From contig OZ024740.1 in NCBI GenBank assembly GCA_964016885.1, positions 114,576,001-114,640,000 of the forward strand: a stretch of DNA of 64,000 nt. The letters run 5' to 3'. A program made the translations under genes and the position numbers. The DNA comes from Eledone cirrhosa. Lineage: Eukaryota. This document shows, in pieces, positions 27,746 to 37,510 of this stretch (position 1 is the first letter of the stretch; each line of letters starts with the position of its first letter). A model generated the notes under the pieces. It saw only the letters and a program-made list of their open reading frames with translations, searched no databases and had not been told where the DNA came from.

Positions 27746-30700
27746 TTGGGGCCCTTTCTGCCCGTGTGTTTGTTTGTTTATGTGTGTCCGTATACAGCGT
27801 GGTGATAATGCCACACAAGGGCCAAGTGGGATGGCGGATCCACAGATGGCTATGTAAACATACATTCGCCAATCCTCGATAAGAGTGTTTAAATATCGAA
27901 CATAAACAGTTCGAATAACGGTGAAATGGAGACTAGAACGTCATGTGACAGACTCTCACCCAACAGGTGCCCCCTGGCTCAGCAGCAGGAACCTGACTGT
28001 CAACGAAATACTGCTGATGTTGGAGGAAGAAGAAGAAGGAAAGGGGCCAGAACCAACTGGACGAAAGAATTGAATAGAACTGTTATGCAATGCTACCTGA
28101 AAAGTAACCCCAAGGAGAGGGGCTACAGGAGACGGATGCATAACATCTGGAACGAGATTGGTTTATTTAAATTAGATGAACAAAAATTGGCCGGGCAGGC
28201 TCGGGTAATAAGAACTAATGGGTGGATAAGCGAGCTGGAACTGGAGGAACTGAGCAGAGAGAATGGCTTGGAGATGGCGGGTGTAGTATGCCAGACAAGC
28301 GAGCCGGCGGGAAATGAAGGTGAGGAGGTCCTGAGAGCGGAGGAACCACCCGAAGCAGACAATGATCTGAATACTGAGATAAATAATACCTGGAACAGAG
28401 ATACGGCCACTGAGGAGATGAATGCTGACGGGCTAGGACAAGATTCGGTTGACATCCTAAATTTAGTGGTAGATGAGTTGAACAATGATAGTGGGAGACC
28501 TATGAACCTAAGATTTGTAGACAGGAAAAAGTTAAAAGAAACAACAGCTAAGGTAAACAAAGTCATCCCATACCTTGAGGCGAGGAGTCTTCACCAGTGC
28601 AACAATATCCTCAAAGCAACAGCAAATACGGTGAGGAAACTACTTGGTATAAAAGCGAGAGGAAACAACAGACAAGAAAGAGCAGAGCCGTGGTGGAAGA
28701 AGCGACTGAGTGGGCAAATCGGGGAAATGAGAAATGACATAGGAAAGCTTGAGTCACTACTGAATGGGACACTAAAAAACATAGGCACTAAAAATAGACT
28801 GGAAATAAAATACAAAACTAGGAGTAAAAAGCTAAATATTATCATAGAGGAATTGAAGCAACGCATTGTAGCAAAGAGTGCCAAAATCAGGCGATACGAG
28901 AACAGAGTCAGTCAGTATAAACAGAACCGCATGTTCGACAACAACCAGAAGATGCTGTTTGGACAGCTTGAGGGGAAAGAAAGAGGCACCGACTTGATCC
29001 CTGGGGCGGAACAAGCTAAAACATTCTGGAGAGGAATATGGGAGCAGGATGTTAGACACAATGCCCAGGCAGGGTGGATTGAGACAGTACAGAGGGAGAT
29101 CGGTGAGCAGGCACAGCAACAGACTGATTTGAGTATCACAGTTGAAACTCTTAAGGGGCAAGCCAAAAAACTAACCAACTGGAAATCACCAGGCCCAGAT
29201 GGTGTGCAGGGGTATTGGATTAAACATTTAACATCCCTCCACCCGAAGCTGACGGCCATGTTCAATGACTGCTTGGTGTCGGGTGAGGTGCCAGAGTGGT
29301 TGACAAAAGGTACCACAGTTCTGATAATGAAAGACCGAATCAAGGGTAATGATGTTACCAACTATAGACCTATCACATGTCTGCCCGTAATGTGGAAACT
29401 GTTGACGAGCATTGTGTCTGAGGAAATCTACCATCACCTCCACACAAACAACTTGTTGCCGGACGAACAGAAAGGATGCCGAAAGAAGTCACGTGGTACA
29501 AAGGACCAGTTGCTTATTGATAAGATGGTAATGGGGAATTGCAGGAGGAGACACACTGATCTTGCCATGGGATGGATAGACTACAGAAAGGCATTTGACA
29601 TGGTGCCTCATTCCTGGATCACCAAAAGCCTGGAGATCTTCAGGGTGGCAGATAACATCAGAGAGTTGCTGGGCAGGAGTATGGGGTCCTGGGAGACAGA
29701 GTTGACATCAACTGGAGTATCCTTGGGAAGCGTGAAGATCAAGAGAGGTATCTTCCAGGGAGATAGCCTGTCCCCTCTGTTGTTTGTCCTTGCCCTGATG
29801 CCCTTGACCATTATGCTGCGAAAAGTGAGAGCAGGATACAAGTTGGGAAGGGGAGAGCTTACCATCAATCACCTCCTCTTCATGGACGATCTTAAGCTCT
29901 TCGGGAAAAGTGAGAAGGAGTTGGATGTGCTTGTTGACACTGTCCGTATTTTCAGCAGTGATATATGTATGCAGTTTGGTATTGGTAAATGTGGAGTCAT
30001 TGTGATGAGGAGAGGTAGGTTGAGCAGAAGTAACGGGATCCAGATACCAACAGGTGAGATGATAAAGGAAATTGACTCTGAGGAAGGATACAAGTATTTG
30101 GGCGTTCTGGAGGCTGATGGCATAAAGAACAAAAAAATGAAGGAATTGTTAAGAACTGAATACATTCGGAGAGTAAGGAGCGTATTGAAGTCACATCTGA
30201 ACAGCAGAAATGCCATAAGCGCAGTAAATTCCCGAGCTGTGTCTATTATTAGGTACAGTGCGGGAATTCTGAGATGGAATGTTGCTGAACAAAAAGAAAT
30301 GGATAGGAAGACTAGGAAGCTATTGACTATCTACAACATGTTCCACAAGAGGAGTGATGTCGATAGACTCTACCTAAGGAGATCTGAGGGTGGAAGAGGT
30401 CTTATCAGCATAGAGGACTGTGTTCAGATGGAGAAAAACAACCTATACAAATACGTGACCTATAGTAAGGAGCCAATGCTCAGAGCTGTACTGAAGGAGG
30501 GGAGAGTAGGCCAGGGGATACCCAAGGAGGAAATAACATCAAGGAGGAAGAGCAGCCTTAAGGGAAAATCCCTTCATAGTACCTTCTTTGAGAAAACTGA
30601 ATTTAGAGATCCACAGACATGGAACTGGTTGAGAAGAGGAGACCTCAAAAAGGCTACAGAAGGAATGCTAATGGCTGCGCAGGAGCAGGCCCTCAAAACG

Positions 30701-31404
30701 AAGTGGTTGAAGCACCATATCTACAAGGAGGAGGCTAGCCCACTGTGCAGGATCTGTGGAGAGAGAGAGGAGACTGTGGCTCACATTGTGTCCGAGTGTA
30801 AACACCTAGCCCAGACCCACTATAAGGGCTGGAGACACGATGTGATGGGCAGGGTGATCCACTGGCACCTGTGCAAAGTAAACAATCTACCACATTCTGA
30901 GAAATGGTATGAGCATAGGCCAGAGGCGGTGATGGAGAACAGTCAGGTGAAGGTGCTGTGGGATTTTAGGATACAGACGGACAAAAAACTGGAACACAAT
31001 AGACCTGACCTGGTGGTTGTGGACAAAGAAAAAAGATCGTGCCTGATTGTGGATGTGGCCTGCCCGTTCGACACGAGAGTGCAAGAGAAGGAGAGGGAGA
31101 AAATTAACCGATACCAGGACCTAAAGTGGGAGGTGAAAAGGATTTGGAACTGCCATGAAGTCAAAGTGATCCCGATTGTCATAGGCGCACTGGGGACTAT
31201 CTCCAAAGGTTTCCAGGGATGGTTAAAGAAAATCGGCCCCTTCACGCTTTTTGGAACGCTTCAAAAGGCATGCTTGCTTGGAACGGCAAGAACCCTCCGA
31301 TACGTCCTGAATATCTGAGGCTGCAGGTAGTGGCTTGATATTCAATCCAACGGACTTTCCAGTTAACCAACATCAATGACTGAGATTCAAGGAATAACAA
31401 TAAC

Positions 31405-31440
<36 letters not shown>
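27746..31440 (+). mobile_element. Apparently full-length R4/Dong-like non-LTR retrotransposon with (TAA)n tail
   Basis: Single intact ORF with RT and C-terminal restriction-like endonuclease (RLE), ~75-nt 3'UTR, then (AAT)n; 5' boundary approximate. Confidence 0.85.
27926..31318 (+). CDS. Reverse transcriptase / restriction-like endonuclease polyprotein (1130 aa, uninterrupted)
   Basis: KSPGPDG, YRPITCL, IDYRKAFDMV, QGDSLSPLLF, LFMDD, YKYLG, CCHC finger CRICGEREETVAHIVSEC, RHD, RPDLVVVD..IVDVACP..EK..Y. Confidence 0.95.
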   Translation: METRTSCDRLSPNRCPLAQQQEPDCQRNTADVGGRRRRKGARTNWTKELNRTVMQCYLKSNPKERGYRRRMHNIWNEIGLFKLDEQKLAGQARVIRTNGWISELELEELSRENGLEMAGVVCQTSEPAGNEGEEVLRAEEPPEADNDLNTEINNTWNRDTATEEMNADGLGQDSVDILNLVVDELNNDSGRPMNLRFVDRKKLKETTAKVNKVIPYLEARSLHQCNNILKATANTVRKLLGIKARGNNRQERAEPWWKKRLSGQIGEMRNDIGKLESLLNGTLKNIGTKNRLEIKYKTRSKKLNIIIEELKQRIVAKSAKIRRYENRVSQYKQNRMFDNNQKMLFGQLEGKERGTDLIPGAEQAKTFWRGIWEQDVRHNAQAGWIETVQREIGEQAQQQTDLSITVETLKGQAKKLTNWKSPGPDGVQGYWIKHLTSLHPKLTAMFNDCLVSGEVPEWLTKGTTVLIMKDRIKGNDVTNYRPITCLPVMWKLLTSIVSEEIYHHLHTNNLLPDEQKGCRKKSRGTKDQLLIDKMVMGNCRRRHTDLAMGWIDYRKAFDMVPHSWITKSLEIFRVADNIRELLGRSMGSWETELTSTGVSLGSVKIKRGIFQGDSLSPLLFVLALMPLTIMLRKVRAGYKLGRGELTINHLLFMDDLKLFGKSEKELDVLVDTVRIFSSDICMQFGIGKCGVIVMRRGRLSRSNGIQIPTGEMIKEIDSEEGYKYLGVLEADGIKNKKMKELLRTEYIRRVRSVLKSHLNSRNAISAVNSRAVSIIRYSAGILRWNVAEQKEMDRKTRKLLTIYNMFHKRSDVDRLYLRRSEGGRGLISIEDCVQMEKNNLYKYVTYSKEPMLRAVLKEGRVGQGIPKEEITSRRKSSLKGKSLHSTFFEKTEFRDPQTWNWLRRGDLKKATEGMLMAAQEQALKTKWLKHHIYKEEASPLCRICGEREETVAHIVSECKHLAQTHYKGWRHDVMGRVIHWHLCKVNNLPHSEKWYEHRPEAVMENSQVKVLWDFRIQTDKKLEHNRPDLVVVDKEKRSCLIVDVACPFDTRVQEKEREKINRYQDLKWEVKRIWNCHEVKVIPIVIGALGTISKGFQGWLKKIGPFTLFGTLQKACLLGTARTLRYVLNI

Positions 31441-31812
31441 CGTGTCTGATTGTGGATGTGTCCTGCCCGTTCGACACGAGAGTGCAAGAGAAGGAGAGGG
31501 AGAAAATTAACCGATACCAGGACCTAAAGTGGGAGGTGAAAAGGATTTGGAACTGCCATGAAGTCAAAGTGATCCCGATTGTCATAGGCGCACTGGGGAC
31601 TATCTCCAAAAGTTTCCAGGGATGGTTAAAGAAAATCGGCCCCTTCACGCTTTTTGGAACGCCTCAAAAGGCATGCTTGCTTGGAACAGCAAGAACCCTC
31701 CGATACGTCCTGAATATCTGAGGCTGCAGGTAGTGGCTTGATATTCAATCCAACGGACTTTCCAGTTAACCAACATCAATGACTGAGATTCAAGGAATAA
31801 CAACAATAATAA
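31439..31812 (+). mobile_element. 5'-truncated second copy of the R4/Dong-like element within the (TAA)n tail of the first
   Basis: Nearly identical to 31037-31400 with only a few substitutions. Confidence 0.93.
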
Positions 31813-34800
31813 TGCTTTCTTTATTAACCACAAGGGTCTACATGAAGTAGACATTAAGGACAGTACAGAACAATACATGGCGGTACAAATGGGCATTTCT
31901 GCGTGTAAAAGACAAGAAACAGAGGATCTAATAATAGAACAATGAAAAAATTCCCCAATAGGGGGGAGACTTCCGAGGGACATTCGTGTAGAAAGCCCAT
32001 TAAAAAGCCACAGTGACCCTGACCACCAGGGAAAATGCCCTCTCCAAGTTTTCCACCTTTAATTTACAGACACATTCACTCGGGCCATTCTTGCCTCTCT
32101 CACCCATCTTTCAACAAAATGCTGGGAAGAGAGCATTTCCCTCTCTACCCTGATTTTCCTTTTCAAATGAAATTTGAAAAAGTTAATCAGGGCATCACCG
32201 AAGAGGTAAGTGCTCGTCTTCAGCCCTTTCAAACGTGTCGACTATACTATCTCTTTCGCCACGGCCACCAGACAGATAAAAACTGCCTGCCCTTCCCGGC
32301 TAAAAGAAGAGGGCGGGGCAATCCTCACGATGGACTCAGCTGATAGCCGTATCCGTCCTACACGCGACAGCAGGTGTTCGACATAAACCCACAAGTCAGC
32401 AATGCTCGGACACTGGACGAGTGCGTGCAGGACGGTTTCGTCGCCCTGCGCGCATCTCGGACATGCCCGGCTGACGGCACCTCCATGCCTGTAGAGTTTA
32501 TCCTGAACAGGCAAAGCTCCTCGGTAGCACTGCCAGGCCAGGGATTTCTGGAAGTTGTCCATAGGCCCCGGCCCGAAATTTCTTCCGAAGAGATTGGCTA
32601 GTTGATTTTCGTCGAAGCCTAGAGTTTCCCCAAGCACGTCGTCGCTCTTCCTCTCCACTAATCCTCTATAGAACGCCAAGGTGGAGTTTCCGCCGATCAC
32701 ATTGCCCGATTGGTCGAGGGCTGTGAGCGACTGAAGACATTCCAGTCTCCAAGCGCTCCCTCTCGGTCTTCGCTTGAGCCAGGACTGCAGCTCCGTCAAG
32801 GAGACGAGCTGGGGAAAGACGCGTCAAGCAAACGGAGACCACACCTGATCACCGTCGAGGAAAAGGTGGAGGTGTCGTAGCCTGAGCGTGTGGCTGCGCA
32901 TCATCAGCCACGGCATTCCCAGCCCTCCACGTAGCGGGTGTTGACAGCAGATGGACCGCCCGATCATCGGAGCGCGTCCCTTCCATAAAAAGCGAAAGAG
33001 CAAACGCTCCAGCGCAGTCAGCACAAGGTACGACGGTCAGCCGGTAGTAAATGACGGACGCGATTTAGGCGTTAGCCACCTCCGCTTGACCTTTGAGGGA
33101 TAGCTTCCACACGGCCCATTTCTGGGTGAGAGAAGTCACCCTGCTCGTCACCTCGTCCCAGTTTTTGTCCGTCTGGAGATCCGGTCCGAACCAGACCCCG
33201 AGAAATTTAACTGGTCCGTCCGTCCAGCGCCCGACGACGTTGTTGGACGGCATTGACCTGCCTCTCCAGGTGCAGAGCTGCAGGCCCACTGACTTTTCCT
33301 GGTTGATCATTGCTCCTGTCACCGCTTCGTATTCTTTTCCGCATCCTAGTTCGCGCGGGATCCCCCTCAACGTCTCCAGTTTATGCAGTAATGGCTCGAG
33401 AGTCAATACTTGCAAGAGGCACGAGAGGGGACATCCTTGGCGGACCTAGTTCATGATGTTGAACGGTTCCCATAGGTGACCGTTCACTCTCACCACAGAG
33501 CAGATGTCGCCGTGCATGGCAGCGATCCAGCCGCTGAAGATGGGCCAAAAGCCAGCCGCCCTCAGGACTGCCGCTAGGTAACGTCAGATCACCAACGACA
33601 AACGCCAACCACTTTGCTAGCACTTTGGCCAAAATCTTGAACTCTGTGTTTAGCAGAGTTATGGGTCTGAAATTATCGATGGTATCCCCCTTGTTCGGAT
33701 CCTTTCTCAGCAGCACCACAGTTCCTCGGCTCACAGAGCTGGGAATTCTCCCGTTCTTTTGCCAGTTTCAGTAGACGTCCGCCAAGAGGCCTCCGAACAA
33801 GTCTGGCATCTGTACGTAAAGTTCATAGGGCAGACCATCCAAACCAGCGATTTACTCTTGTGCAGCCTTCCATACTTCAACGGCTGTTATCGGCTTTTCG
33901 CAACACTCCGACTCAGTGGCCGAGAGCCGCGGCAGTCCGTCGAGGTAGACACTAAATCCATCCCTCGATCCGGCCAGCCGCTGCGCCTGAAGAGCTGTGC
34001 GAAGTGTCGCTGAAAAGCTTCACACATTTGCCCGGGATCGAGTAGCATGCGTCCGTCGTGGTCCACCAAAGACCGGATCGTGGCTTTGTTCCCTCTTCCT
34101 TATTTTTCTCTATTGCTAAAGCCTTACTAAACCTAATGGACTCTATACTAATCGCTCTTTTCAGAGCAAACCACCAGTTGTTGATGATGTTGGCCCCCGT
34201 CAACACCCGCTTAACTAGTTCGCTAATCCGGTCTCTGTAGGCCTTGCGCGCTGGTAAGGACGCGTTTAGTTTCCAGTAGCCGGGTCCTTCTCTATGAAGC
34301 CTATCTAAGTCAACCACACAGCACACAAATTTGTGGTCCGTGTAGCTGATTGTACTTCAGCGGTTGTTATCGGCTTTTCGCAACACTCCGTCTCAGTGGC
34401 CGAAAGCCGCGGCAGTCCGTCGAGGTATACACTAAAGTCCATCCCTCGATCCGGCCCGCCACTGCCCCCGAACAGTTGAGCGATGTGTCGCTGAAAAGCT
34501 TCACACATTTGCCCGGGATCGAGTAGCATGCGCCCGTCGTGGTCCACCAAAGACCGGATCGTGGCTTTGTTGTCACGACGCGCCTCCGCCACTCGGGCCC
34601 ATTGAACGGCTTTCGTCCCCTCGTGTCTGAGAGCAGGCACCCTAGCTCTGACAACGCAGCCTTCGTGCTTTGCATTGAAGAATTGGTCAAGGGCCAATTT
34701 CGCCGCAAGCACGTCGGTCGCGATGCCTTTGCTAAGCGCCTCGTCTAATTTTCTAACTAATTCTCCCTCTGCTCTATTTTTCTCTATTGCTAAAGCCTTA

Positions 34801-37475
34801 CTAAACGTAATGGACTCTATTCTAATTGCTCTTTTCAGAGCAAACCATCACTTGTTGACGATGGTCCCCGTCAACGCCCGCTTATCTAGTTCGCTAATAC
34901 GGTCTCTGTAGGCCTTGCGCGCTGGTAAGGACGCGTTTAGCTTCCAGTAGCCGGGTCCTCGTCTATGAAGCCTATCTAAGTCAAGCACACAGATCACGAA
35001 TTTGTGGTCCGTGTAGCTGACTATCTTGAATTGTGGACAGCCTATGCTAGACCTATCTATTTCCCTACAAAATACTCTATCTAGATATGATCTGGATGAC
35101 CCTATGCGGTTTGTCCAAGTCCACATTGGCACATTTGGGAAATCCAATCGGTACCTGTCAGGTACCACTACATCTATGTTTAGTGACCTGAGGTCGTTGA
35201 GCAGGTGACCCTGCTTCCATGACGACCCCAAGCCACGCGCATTTATGCTGCCTATTCTGAGTGACGTCATGTTGAAAAGGAGTGGAAAAGATCGAAAAGA
35301 CCACTTACCTTACTTTTCGTAGAGGAAGGATGGTTTTTCCATCCTTTTCACTGCTTGTGGCCTCCTCAGGAAGGATGTCCTTATAAATCCTCCTGGAGAG
35401 TGCTTGTCGGAAGTCTCCGATGTCTTTGGGGAATTTTTGTTTTAGTGTCATGTACGTTTTCTGTGTGATGCGAGTGATTTGTATGTGTGGAGGTGGTGTA
35501 AATGTTTGGGTTGTTGTGTAGTCTTTTTCTGTGATGCTGGTGTTGTGTTGGATGTAGTGTAATAATTGCTTGTTGTTCAAATTTAATGCTGTGTAGTGTG
35601 TATCGTTTTGGTTCTTTTGTTTTGTTTGCGTTTGTTGTGGGGTTGTTTCTGTTTCGCATTTTGGTGACTTTTGTGGTGTAGGTGATGGTGGTGTTGGGGT
35701 TAATGATGGTGATGGTGTTGGTGTTTGGGGTGATGGGGTTGGTGATGCTGGTGTGGATGGTGGCATATCTGTCCTAACTTTTTTGTTTGTTAATTTATGT
35801 TTCCTTCTGTATTTTGTTTTTGGAGGGGGAAGGTAGAGAATTTTTTTCTTTTTTGGTTTCTTTTTTTTTTTTCCTGATACCGTTTGCCACTCCTCGTCGT
35901 CACAATCTGTCTCCAGTTGTGATAGGCCGGGGAGTGAAAAATCCTCTACAGGCGTTAGTTTTGGTTGTGGCGTGGTGGATGGTGTAGGCGCTGGTGCTAG
36001 TTCTGAAGCGTTGGCTGGTGGTGGTGTTGGTTTTGCTGGTGGTGGTGGTGTTGGCTTTGCTACTGTTGCTGGGGTTGTTGCTTTTATTGTTGCTTCTGTT
36101 GTTGCTGCTACAGTTGTTGCTGCCATCTCTGCTACTGGTGGTGTTGATGGTTGAGTCACTGGGGTGGGTAGGAGAGGTGGCCTCAACCTTTTAGCCTGAG
36201 GGCAGAAAGCCCTTAGGTGGGTTCCTTCACCACAAACGACACACCTGGGCCTTCTGCCCTCGACAATTACGGTGAGGTGGCTGCCGTCAGTGAGGTCTAT
36301 TACCTCTGGGATCTCCTCAATGCTTTTTTGGTCCGCTTGGATCAGGAGCTCCATCACAGATCCGGACCATTTCTCCTGCTTTTCTTTTGCTATTGATATT
36401 ATCTTTGTGTTGGCTTCGATGCCGGCGAGGACGGCCGCTATTAGCCAGGGAATTTCGATGGCCGGTGGAACGTGGGTCACCCTGATCTTTAAGAGTCTCT
36501 GGCCACAATAGCTTGGGACGAGTGTGAAGTCGTCACTTCTTAATGGGGCCATGGAGTGTTCTCTAGCCTCCTCTGGTGTTTCAAAGAACACGTCCACGGT
36601 TCCATACTTCTGCCCACGTCTGATGTGGGTTTTTCTTGCCCACACATGTCCCAAAGCTTTTTTGGATTTGGGACTCGGATGCCCGTTCCACTCGGCGCGA
36701 TTTTACATTTATTGTTCGATACGACACGGTGCATAGGCGCCGATGCTCCATTTTATTAGGTGTGTGTGTGGGGGGGGGAGGCTGACCCTGTACCCATCTT
36801 TCTTTACCATTTGTTTGGCATTTTCTAATTCCTCCTGAGTTACCGTAAATGCTTCGCACTGTTTTGCTACTCTGGCGAAACTCAGGGTGGTTTTTTTAAT
36901 GTCATTGTTGTTGTTGCTATCGTTATTTTTGTTATTATTAATTTTAGTTTCAGTTGTGGTGGTGGTGACGTCAGTGAAATTCGGTTTGGGAGAGTCCATG
37001 GTTGAAAATATTTCGATATCACGAGTTGATTTATTCTTTCCTTTTGTTTCTGTTGTCCCGGTGGTGGGGGGGTGGGGCTTCATCACCTGCAGTCATTGGT
37101 AATGGCGGGAAATGAACGTCTGCCTGAGACAAATTTAAAATATTGCTAGTGCTTAAATTGTTTGTGTTGGCAAACGTAGTATCATTTACAATGGTGGTGC
37201 CGGTGTGAGGTGTTAATTTGTGAGAAAGGCTTTCAGCTGCTTGGTGCAGTGGTGAATTAGCCATTTTTTTTTCAAAGAAATTTTTTGATAATCATAAAAT
37301 TTTAAATTTTGGGCACAAGGCCCCAATCTTTTTGGGTGTCCTTTTTGGAAAACAATGTATGTGCGCTTATATATAGTTAACAATTTAAAATTTTCCATAA
37401 ATGGCAATTTTTAACAAACGGAAATAACAAACCTTTGCGGAGCTCACGATGATACGATTTACTACGTAGGTCGCC
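31813..37475 (-). mobile_element. Tx1/L1-clade element (copy B): full span, rearranged ORF2, flanked by (ATT)n
   Basis: ORF1 from ATG 37264 to stop 35305 (frameshifted; zinc knuckle CVVCGEGTHLRAFC); ORF2 from 35270 (MTSLRIGSINARGL) with RT and zinc-finger remnants; AATAAA at the 3' end. Confidence 0.92.
35305..36654 (-). CDS. Tx1-like ORF1 C-terminal part (CCHC zinc knuckle, Pro/Thr-rich linker)
   Basis: 449-aa open frame, EGRRPRCVVCGEGTHLRAFC; homologous to 39714-40907. Confidence 0.8.
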   Translation of the reverse strand: MGHVWARKTHIRRGQKYGTVDVFFETPEEAREHSMAPLRSDDFTLVPSYCGQRLLKIRVTHVPPAIEIPWLIAAVLAGIEANTKIISIAKEKQEKWSGSVMELLIQADQKSIEEIPEVIDLTDGSHLTVIVEGRRPRCVVCGEGTHLRAFCPQAKRLRPPLLPTPVTQPSTPPVAEMAATTVAATTEATIKATTPATVAKPTPPPPAKPTPPPANASELAPAPTPSTTPQPKLTPVEDFSLPGLSQLETDCDDEEWQTVSGKKKKKPKKKKILYLPPPKTKYRRKHKLTNKKVRTDMPPSTPASPTPSPQTPTPSPSLTPTPPSPTPQKSPKCETETTPQQTQTKQKNQNDTHYTALNLNNKQLLHYIQHNTSITEKDYTTTQTFTPPPHIQITRITQKTYMTLKQKFPKDIGDFRQALSRRIYKDILPEEATSSEKDGKTILPLRKVR

Positions 37476-37508
<33 letters not shown>

Positions 37509-37510
<2 letters not shown>

